Below, in pieces: positions 37,871-49,800 of a DNA stretch of 64,000 nucleotides. The stretch comes from a virus (Duplodnaviria > Caudoviricetes). Every line of letters starts with the position of its first letter. The stretch's first letter is position 1. The notes under the pieces were generated by a model. That model was given only the letters and a program-made list of their open reading frames with translations. It had not been told where the DNA came from and did no database searches. A program made the position numbers and the translations under genes. The DNA lies in IMG/VR virus record IMGVR_UViG_3300043466_001519, positions 32,001 to 96,000 of that record; one strand, written 5' to 3'.

Positions 37871-40800
37871 ATGGCAAAAGAATCATTCAATTTTCAAGGA
37901 GAAGAAATAATTGCATCTAATTTAGGAGGAGTTAAACCTCAACTTCCTGTATATAATACACCTCTTCCAAATTTTACAAATATAGATGGTGAAATAGGTA
38001 AAAGAAGTGTAGATGATATTTTTTCAAATGCTCTTTTACAAAATGCTGATAGTAGAATAGAAAGTATTCCATTAAGTTCTATTAGTACAGATAAAAGATA
38101 TCCATATGTTTTTAGAGGATCTAATCCTGAAGAGATGTATGCACAACAACAACAATGGACAGAGAAAGCATTTAATGATACATTAAAGTTTACTAACTTA
38201 GTTGGTACAACTATTGCTGGAGGTTTTGGTATGATGTATGGTGTAGGTAAATGGGCTTTACCTGGAGGAAAGTTTTCTGATATTTGGGAAAATGAAGCAA
38301 TGCAAGGTTTAGATGAATGGAATACTAAATTGGATAATGAGATTCTTCCTAATTATTATAAACAATCTGAAACAGATTCTGAATGGTATGATAAAGATAA
38401 CTGGTTAACTGCAAATTTCTTATTTGATAAATTATTCAAAAACTCAGCATATGCATTTGGAGCAATGTTATCTGGTAATATTGCAAATGGTCTAATAGGA
38501 ACTGCAGGAGCAGGTATTGGTGAATGGGCTACAGCACAAGCATTAGCTTCTGATGCTGCAAATGCTTCTAGAGCATTTAAAATGTTTACACCTATGCTTA
38601 GAAGTACAGCAAGAGCTTTCTCTGCTGGTAAAAATATTGAAGCTGCTCAAGTATTAACTTCTGAGTTATCATCTATTGCAGATGCATCTGTCAAATCATC
38701 AAAACTTTTTGACATTGCTAAACAAGCAAATAAATTTGCTGGAGTAAATGATTTTGGTAGAAAAACTGCAATCGCTGCTTATTCTTCTGCAGGTGAAGCA
38801 TCGTTTGAAGCATTGAATACTTCTAAACATTTTAGAGAAAAACTTATAAATGATTACTTCTATGAAAATGGAGTGATGCCTATTGGAGAAGAACTTGAAA
38901 AAATAAACAATGTTTCAAGAGAAGTGGGAGCAACTTCTTTCTTAGGTAATATGGCTCTATTAACTGTTACAGAATTTAATCAGTTAAAATACTTAATGGG
39001 ATCTAGCTATAGAGAAAGTAAACGTATGGCTAATTCATTAATTGGAGAAACTGATGATATAATATTAAAAGATAAAAAGTATGCATTAGATACACCTGAT
39101 ACTAAACGAGGAAAGATTTATCAATCAACATTAAAAACTGCAAAAAATATAGTAACAGGAAAAGCAACTTATGCTTTTGATACAAAAGAAGCTCTTCAAG
39201 AGATGAGTCAATATGCTCTTGAAATAGGTGTACAAAATTATTACGACAAAGCATATAAAGGACAAGAAGCTGAAAATATTGTAGATAAATATTTAGACAT
39301 TGCAGGATATGGTTTATTTGGAAGAGATGCGGAAGGAGAAGGAGTAGGAGCACTTGTTTCTAAAGAAGGAATTGAGTCAGGTGTAATTGGAGGTATTACA
39401 GGAGGTTTAATGCAAGCTCGTGGACAATATTCTCAAGCAAAAGAAAGAAAAACAAACACTGAAAAACTTATAGAACAATTGAACTCAGGTGCTAGTTTTA
39501 AAGATGCATTTGTTGATAAACTTCAATCTGTTAACAGAGGTGTTCAATTACAGAAAGAACAAGAAGCTGCAATTATAAATGGAGATAAGCTTGAGTATTA
39601 TGATTCAAAAACTGACACTCTTCATAACTACTTAGCAACAAGAGTTAAGTTTGGTAAGTTTGATATGATCATGGAAGATTTAGAAGAACTTAAGCAAATG
39701 GCTTCTTCTGAAGAAGGATTAGAATCATTAAAAACACAGGGGTATGGAAATATTAATGATAATATACAATCATTTAATAAAACATTAACTCAAATTCAAG
39801 ATTCTGCTAAAGCTATGTCTGAATTATACTCATATGTAAATCTTACATATGGAGGACAAACTATTACAGATGATTCAGGAAAAGAATATAAAAAATATTC
39901 TAATGATGTATTAGATAAAATGGTTTATGCTGCAACTAAAATTGCAGATTATGATAAACGTATACCATTAGTTTCTGAAAGTCTTTTAAAACAAAATATA
40001 TTAATAAATGATGTTATATCTGAAGTTATATCAAATCCTAAGTCAGATAGATTAACTGAAGAAATTAAAAACATAGATGGATTAGATCCAAATGTTTATA
40101 CAAAAGACAAAAAAGATCAACTTAAAAACGACTTATTAGAAACAGTTGAACTTGCATTAAGAAGAAAGAAATTTATTTCTGATTACAATGATATAATTAC
40201 TTCTCCAGAAAATTATAAAGAAGTAGAAAAAACAAAATTAGATGAAAATGGTAACATTGTTCCTAAAGAAACTATTACAGTTAAAGTTAAAGATGGTAAA
40301 ACAGGACAAGTAGTAGATAAGAAAATTGAAATAGGTACTGAGTATTTATTAGGAAAAGTTGTTAAGTACGACAAAGATGGTAATGAAGTTATTCAAGATC
40401 CTGTATTAACTATTCTTGCTGATAATGGAGATGGTACATATAAAATTAAAGATAACAAAGGAATAAGAGATGTGTCTGCACAAGTTCTTGAAGATTATCA
40501 ACTATCTAAATTATCAGACATTAAATCTGATAAAAAGAAAAACTATGTTTATGTAAACAGAAATAATACTTTTTCAAATAAATTAATAAAAGATGCTAAT
40601 GGTAATCCTGTTATAGGAAGACTTGAATACACAGCAAACAAAGATAGACTTATATTTGTTTATAAAAATGAGAAAGGAAAAGTTATAAGAAGAGAGGTTT
40701 ATAATAATATGTTTAAAGCTAAAGAAGGCTTTAAAGAAGCTATTATTACAAAAGTAGGAGAATACACAGCTGAAGAACAACAAGCTGCAGAAGAGTTTGT

Positions 40801-43800
40801 AAATGCTCCAACCACTATATCTCAAAGATTACAAACACGTAATAACATTATGTTAGATCTTTATGATAAAAGTGTTAAACGTTTAGATGAGATAACTAAA
40901 AAACTAAGTACCAGTAAAGAAAGAACTGCTAAAGCTATTGAAGCATTAGAAAATCAACTTGCAGCAGAAAGTCTTACTAAAGCAGGAAAGCCTAGAAAGA
41001 ATCAAACTCCTGCAATGAAAAAGATAATCAATGAATTATCTTCTTTACAGGAATTAATAACTAAAGAAAATGAGCAATTACTGAGTGAGAAAGAAGAATT
41101 AGAATCTAACATTCCATTCTTTAAAGAGTTTTTAGATAACCTTGATTCTCTTCCTGAATCAGGTAGAGAGATGATCAACCTATTGAAGTCTGATATTAAC
41201 ACTCTTGAAGATTTAATTGATATAACTAACAAAGCTATCAAGGATAACGATAGTCTTTTAAAACAAATAGAAGATGCTTTAATGAAAGCTCTTAGTATAT
41301 TTAATGATTATATCAAAAGACTTAAACAAGAAAATCCAGGTGTTCCATTATTTATAGATGATTTACAAGCTAATTTAGAAAAAGTTCTTGGAGAAGAAGG
41401 TGCACAATATTATATTGATAACAAACAAGGTATCACTTCGCAAGTGGTAGAACTAGAGTCAGACATAAATGATTTTTCAGCTGAGTTAAAAATACCAGCA
41501 TTAAATAAAAAAGCAGAGGAGCTTGTTAAAGATATAACAGATTTAAAAGAAGGACTGGATAAACTTGTTAGTGAACAAATAGCTAAACAAGAAATACTAA
41601 GTGCTTTCCAACAGTTTGCTATAGATACAGAACGTCAAAAACAAGAAGCTGCACAAATGCAACGTAATGTTACATTAGGACAAGAACTTCTTGGTACATT
41701 AACAGGTAGTGTGCAAAACTTCTTTGGTACAAGACCATATGAGCAAGAAGCTAAGAAAGATAAACTTGCTGTAGTAGGAAGTACTAAACCATTTACAGAA
41801 GATACTGCAGAAAGACCTCTTCCAGGATATGCTGCAAGGGTTAATCACTTTGGAGCTAGAGTGTCTGATATGGATAATGTAGATGATCTTAGAGGTGTTA
41901 TTGTAACAGCTAATACAGAAGATCAAATACTTTCTGGATTAACAGAAGCTTTTATATCTGAAGATATTCCAGGAAACACTCCTGCAGATATTAAAAGAAA
42001 AGAAGACATCAGAAAAGAAGTCATATTCTTAGTTGTAACAGAGAATGGACAATTAGTAGATAAGGATGGAAAACTTATTCCTGGAAAATCTGCTGAAGAA
42101 ACACAAGAAGAATATAACAAGAGACTTTATAACAATGCTATATTTCAAGTGTTTCCTTCTGCTAGTCTTACATCTAAAGGACAAGATGGTAAAGTTGGTT
42201 CTATGTTTAGAGATACTGTCCCTCAATATGAGAGAGATTCTCTTAAAGAACAATATAAAGCATGGAGAGAAACACAATTAGCTAATACAACATTAGATAA
42301 GAAAGGACAAAAGTTCAAAACATCTTTTGGTAATTTAGAGTTTGTTAAATATAAAAATGCAGATGGAACTATATCTAATGATACTTCTGCAAGAACTTCT
42401 GCACAAGATGCAGGATTATTGGATAAAGGTATTCTTAATAGAGATGCTGTAATCACTGTTGCTACAACTAATGATGATAAATCTGAAGGAAGTGTTTCTT
42501 TTAAATCTCCTAAAGGTAGAGTGTTTTTACGTATACCAGGACAAGGACTTGTTAGACTTTATAATAAAAAGTTTAACAAAGATGAATCAGAAACAATTTT
42601 TGATGCTATGTTAAACTTAGCTAAAAATGCTTCTGCGAATGGTTCATTGTATGGTAATGAAAAAGAAGAAGTTAATAAGAATATATTAAACTGGTTAAAG
42701 AGTGTTGTCTATTGGGGTATTGCTAAATACCCTGATGGTACAAGAAAACCTGCTGGATATAATAATATTTGGTTTGAGGATGTTTTAGAGAATGGAAAAC
42801 CAGTTAAAAAATTATTTATGTCTGGTCTTCAAAAAGAATCTCAAGCTTATTTTGACTTCACACCACAAGGTTTAATTAATAGTAAACAAGATATTCTTGG
42901 ATTACTAGGACAAATGTATGCTAACACAGATGCTAAGAAAGTAAACATAGATACATATAATGCTCCTTATGATGAAATATTAAGATTTGATAATTTAGGT
43001 AATCCTGTTACAAGAACATGGCCTAATTATCAAACATATTTATTGTCTGGAAATATTGTAGATAAAGATGGAAATGTTATAGGTAAAAGAACTGGAAAAG
43101 AAATTCCTCTTACTACACAAGTGAGACCTCTTACATCTGCAGAAGATACAAATAGAAAAGGTGTATATTTTACATTGAATAGTTCAGTGGAGTACACTGT
43201 ACCTGCTGCTCCTGTAGTTGCTCCTGTAGTGGTTACACCAACTCCTACACCTGCTCCAGTAGTAACTCCACAGCAACAACCTACAACTCCTGGTCAATAT
43301 GATTTAAATGGAACAACAGAAAATAGTATTACTATAGGTGGTAAACCAGATGGTAAAGGTGGAGTAACTCCAATTTACAATATAAACTTCACATTTGATA
43401 TTAGTAAAATATCTGAGTATTTAAAAGGACTAACAGACTTCACTAGTTTATATGAAAATGGTGCATTGACAAAAGAGTTTTTAAATATTCTTAAAGATAA
43501 TAAAGTTGTAACATATATTGATACAACAGATAACACTAATGGTATTTCAGCTTTTGTAAAAGCAGTAGGTGAAAATACAGCAGAAGCAGTTTCTTTAAAT
43601 AAAATATTTGAAGCTGTTGCTCCACAAATTGTATCAGAAATGATTCCTGTTCAACCAGCAATAGCTGATGAAGCTCCTGTAGTTGAATCTCCAGTTGTAC
43701 AACCAGAAGGTCCTGTTTCTGATATAGAAAATAATGAAGAAGTAATCACTCCTGAAGAAGTGGTACCAACAACTGAACTTCCTGAAGGATTTATTAATCT

Positions 43801-46800
43801 AGATGATATAGAAGATGTAGATGTTGATAGAAGTGAAATGAGAGTTGCTCAAGCTATTGACAAACTAGATCAATTCAAAACAGAGGACTGGACAAAATTA
43901 GAAGAAGCTTTTGCTAAAATGCTTCCTAATATTCCTTTCTATAGAGTGAAGAATATGATAAAAGGTACCAATGGTAGACAAGCCTGGGGTATGCTTCATG
44001 ATGCTGCTATATATGTATACGAGAATGCAGAAGAAGGAACAGCTTATCACGAGGTATTTGAAGCTGTATGGAAAATGTTTGCTGGACCAGCTCAAAAACA
44101 AGCTATCATTAATGAGTTCAAAGCAAGAAAAGGAACATTTGTAGATAGAGAGTCTGGTAAAACTATAGAATATAAAAATGCTACAGCTTATCAAATTAAA
44201 GAACAATTAGCTGAAGAGTTTAGAGAAGCAGTTCTTAATGATAAATTAGGAGTTCCAAGAGAATCAAAAACTTTAATAGGTAGATTGTTCTCTCAATTGA
44301 TTGATGCTATTAAAGCTTTCTTTACAGGAGAGAATGCTCAACGTAATACAAAAGAGTTATTCAATAGAATTGGTAATGGATATTACGCTCAGTTTAATCC
44401 ATATGAAACACAATTATCTTATGCTAAAAAAGGAATTATAGATATTGAAAATGCTCAAGCTAATGCTGATTCTGAAATGAGATCAACAACAATCCCTGAG
44501 ATTGAAATGCATGACATTATCCAGCATATGACATTCTTAACATTAACAAGATTATCTCTTAATAATGAGAGTGTATTTACTATTAATGATCAAAAAGAAT
44601 CAGAGTTATATCCAGCTCTTAAACTTGGTATATTAAAACTTCTTGCAGGACAAAAGAAATTAAATAACATATTAGTTACTGAAGGTAAGACAACTTTAGA
44701 AAAAGCAACTAGACTAAATAATAACATTGATACATTATCATACAACATTCAAATGGAATGGGCTGAGATTACTAAAAATCATAAAGCACATTTAAAAACA
44801 TTTGATGTTCAATTTGATGAGAGTGATGATAGTATTTTGAATAGTGAAGAAAACACTGGTAGAGGAGAACCTGATGGATCTAATAAAATTGATTCATATA
44901 GAAAAGCTAATGCTGCATTAAAACTTGTATTAAGCACACTTCCTGTTACACAAGTGGTTAATGGTAGAATAGATTGGTTTCCTTCTTCTATAGGAGGAGT
45001 TACACTTATTCCTGCAGATCAAATACACATTGATTTAAAGAGTAATTTACATAGCTCTATGGATATAGAAGATATGTTATTAGGTCTTAAAACAATGGCA
45101 GAAAACAATCCTAACTACAATGCTTTATTTAGAAGACTAACAGGTAATTCAGCTGATGTAGGATTGGACATAAACACTATACAAGAACATGACTTCCAAT
45201 TAGCTGCAGCATTGTGGAAATCCATCAGTATGCAAAATCCTGATGTAATCACTGTATTTTTACAAGAGGATGGTGATGTAGTTGTAAGTAATTCTACACT
45301 TAGTAGTGCAGCTAAACAAGCTAAAAAAGAAATGATTAATGATATAATATCTACACTGAAAGCAGATCAATCTAAGTATTTTAGATATGTACCAGCTACA
45401 GGTAAATATTATGCTAAAGATAATTTAAAAGCATTACAGTTTGATGGTGCTAATCTAAAACAATATGTTGATTTTCTTAATTCAATTGGAATACAATTTA
45501 ATGAAAGAGATGTAGCAGATTTAAAATCAGATCAAATTTCTGCATTTAAAAAATCAGTGGGGTATATTAGAGAAGAACTTTCTAAGGTGGGAGATACAAA
45601 AATAGTGAGAGATGCTAACAATAATGATGTTGAAGAAGATGGTGGTATAACAACCATTAATACTAAAACATTAAACATTGATGGAGATTTACTTAGACTA
45701 GCTATTGTAAAAGCTGTTATTGAAAATACAGAATTTCAATCTACATATTTTAATATTAATGGAGAACGTACACAATCATTTATTGGTACCAACCTTATTA
45801 GTGCATTACACAACACTCTATCTAGATTAAAAAATATAGAAGAGTTACAAAATGATCCTAGATATAAAAGATTTGCTTATTTAGCAGCAAACAATGATGC
45901 ATTTGTACAAGGAAGTCAAGTATTAAAAAAGATGTTTGATATAGTTGGACCAGATAGTACAGGTAAACGTAGAAGTGGTGCTGAAGAGTTATTAAAACCT
46001 GTAATTGTAGATGGTATAGTAGATGAAGAAACTGGTAAGAAGAAAGAAGCTTCTAAAGTTACATATAGACAAAGACTTATACAAGAAGTAAATCTTAACT
46101 TATCTGGTATATTCATGAACCTTGTTCCTGGAGATGCTTCATTAGAACATGCTATTAGAATGTATAATAAAGAAAATCCATTTGTTTCAGAAAATGAATT
46201 ATCTAATAAGAACTACTTAGATATATTCAAAGACTATTTTATTTCTGAAGTGGAATTAGCAAAAGAAAATAGAAATACAGCAAAAGATAATGGAAAAGAT
46301 CTTCGTTTCTTTAAAGCTATCTTAGGAGATGATGTACATAAAAAGATTGCTTCTAAAATTAATAAAAGCACTGATGCTGAGCAATTGTATAAAGATAATG
46401 AGCAAGCTATAAACTCTGCAGTGGAAGCATTTATTAAACAAGAGACAGCAGATACAGAAGAATTGTTAAGAGCATATGATATTATAACAATAGAAGATAG
46501 TATAGTTAAAGTAGACAAAGTAAACTTATTTAAAAAAGGAGAAGCAGTTACACAAGCTGGTTTAAATACAAAATTAAAAGCATTAAGTATTAATTATATA
46601 ATAGCTAATATTGAAATGCATAAATTAATTTATTCAGATCCTTATCAATATAATGATGAGCTTAAACGTATTAAAAACTTTACATCTCCTGGACAACCAT
46701 TGGTTCCTAGTTCACAAGCAATAGATGCTAGACTTAATGAAATCTATAATAAAGGATTTAAACCTGGTGACATTGGATATACAGATATGACTCAAGATTA

Positions 46801-49800
46801 TTTTAAATCTGTAACGGTTGCTGACGTATTAAGTACAAATGAAAATATAGGATATGATGTTCCTTATGAAGAAACAGATGGAGCAGGATTGATTACACTT
46901 AAAGCATACAGAGTATTTGCTTTAAGAGCTGGTACATGGACTGCTAATAATGAAAAACAATATAGATTTGATGTAGCATTTGAAGAACTTGTTAAATCAG
47001 GTGCTGATGAAACTGCTATTAAAAAATTCTTAAAAGGTAATCCAGGAATTAAAGATACATATACACCTGTTAAACCTATTGTTAGAGGTAATAAAGAGAA
47101 TGGTAGAACTTATAATGATATTGTATTACACAAGTTTGCACTTGCACCGCTATCATTTAGAATACTTTATGAATTAAATCCTGAGTCTAATGCTATCAAG
47201 TTGTATAATAAGATGCAAAAAGAGAATATAGATTATGCTGTATTTGCTTCAGGAGGTAAAGTGGGTAATGAAAAAATATCTCCTTTGTATAAAGCAAATG
47301 GTGAGTTTGATAATACACCATTTGAAGATGCTGCAGAATTAAAAGGTAATCTAAAAGATAATGTTAAAAGAGCTGTAAGTAAAATACCTTTTACTATTGT
47401 AGCTGTACAATCAGAAGTTCCTTCTAAAGATGCTCCAATTGTTACACAAGGATCTCAGATTACTAAACTTGCCACAATGGATTATTTAGAATCTGGAGTT
47501 CCTGTAGATTTTATGCCTGGAAAAGAATTTGAAGAAAGATTCATTGCTTGGTTAGGACTTGAGGATAAATCAAGCTATAACGATGGTAATAATATTTATA
47601 ATGAAATTATAAATAATCAAAAACTTTTAGAAGCTAGAATCGAAGATGCTGTAGAATCTTTATACAAAAAACTTGGTATTGAAGAAACTATAAACGAAGA
47701 AGGAGATAGAGAGTGGAGAATAGAAGATAGAGATAAATTAGTTAACACTCTTACAGAAGAAATTGGTAAAAGAGAAATCAATTATAACATTACAGATGCA
47801 TTTGAAGGATTTGTGAAAGGTGATGTTATATTAGAAGCTACTCCTGTATATCAACAAGTAAGAAACATTCTTTATTCTATTGCTGATAAAACTATTGTAC
47901 GTCCTAAAATATCAGGAGGTATGAAGGTGCAAGTATCTTCTGCATTGTTAGAATCTGTAAGAGCAGAAGGAAAACCTGTATTAGATAGTAAAGGTAATCC
48001 AACATTTAATAAAGATGGTAGTCCTAAACTTGTTTATTCTTCAGAAGAATTAGCATTCTATAAAAATGAAGATGGTAAGAGAGTATGTGAGATAATGCTT
48101 GGTAGATGGTTTAAATCTAATAAATCAGATGCTGAGTTAATGGACTATTTTAATAATGATCCAGAAGGCAAGAAAGAATTTGAAGCTCTTATGGGTGTAG
48201 CATTTCGTATTCCTACTCAGAAACAAAACTCTATTGATGTATTTAAGATAAAACAATTCTTACCTAAAGACTTTGGTGACTCAGTAATTATTCCTTCAGC
48301 TCTTGTTAAGAAAGCAGGATCGGATTTTGATATTGATAAGTTATCAATCTATTTGAAAAACTTATATACAGATGGTCAAGGAAAATTAAGAGTGGTTCCT
48401 TTCTTTGGATATGGAGAACAAGCAAAAGATAAATTTAAAGAATTATATGATAAAAAGTTATTTGGTAAAATAGATACAACAACATCTAAAATTTTTAATC
48501 AAGATGCATTAAGAGAGTTATTTAGAGATGTTTCTTTTGGTAAAGCTTCATCTACAGCAATGGAAAAATGGGTTCCTATTTTCAAAGAAATGTTTGAAGA
48601 AGCAATGATAGATGATTCATTAGCTACAAATATTGTAGAAGAAATATTCCAAGATAGATTTGAGAGTTTAGGTAAAAAACTAGATGTATTAACTAATGAA
48701 GATTTACAAAAAACATTATCTAAAATATTTGTACAAGACATGTATAAAAAATCTTTAGAGAATGCTTATATACAATCATTAGAAAACCTTATATCTAATT
48801 CATTGAACTACGAAAACTTAGTTAAACCTAATGATGCAACACCATTAAAAAATCTTTCTGAGAAGATTCAAGAAGAGATGGGTTATGATAAAGCAGACTT
48901 TGGAAATGTAGGTAATATGTTAAGTAGAGGATTTATGTCTAACTTGAGACAATCTTTTGTTGGTGGTAAACAAGCATTAGGTATTGCTGCTCAAGGTCAA
49001 ACAGGACATGCTCAAAGACAACGTAGTGTTACATATGTAGATGTAGATAGATTACAAGGTGACTTGATTGATGATGTAGATAAAACTATTCTTGGTAATG
49101 ATCCAGATTCTAATTTGTTTGCTACAGATACAGACATTAACTTTCAAGAATATAATTCTGCCACTATAAATGGTGTAAAAAGACCAATGCTTTCTTGGAT
49201 TAAAAATAAAGCAGGAGAATATATATCAGACATTAATGGAATGTTTATTGATGGATATGTGGATATCTCTAAAGGTGACTGGATTATCAAACTTGGTGCA
49301 ACTACTAATACAGCTTCTACATGGTTATTTTTAATTGATCTTGGTGTGCCTATTGAAACTGTAGGATATTTTATGAACCAGCCTATCATTAAAGACTATT
49401 TACGTGCTATTGAGAATAAAGGTTATTCATGGTTGTACATAGAAGATATGATCGCAGATAAATTAAATGATTATAGTCCTAGTAAAGAGTTTTTAAAATC
49501 AGGTACATCTGTGAAAGGAATTCCTTCAGAAACAGATTTATTCAAAATGCTTAAATATAATAATGCAGTTCCTAAAGCAAACATGACTGATCTTCAAAAG
49601 CTACAACAACAATATATGTTGAAAGAGTTCTTGAAATATTCTAAAATGGCTTCTCACATGTTTAATGTATCACAGGCTTCTAACTATGACACAGCTACAA
49701 TTAATGATCCATATTTAGTATTTAAGAAAATGGTTCAATTAGAGAAAGCAAGAAAAACCATTATATCTTCTGTAGATGATATAATTTCAGGATCTTTTGT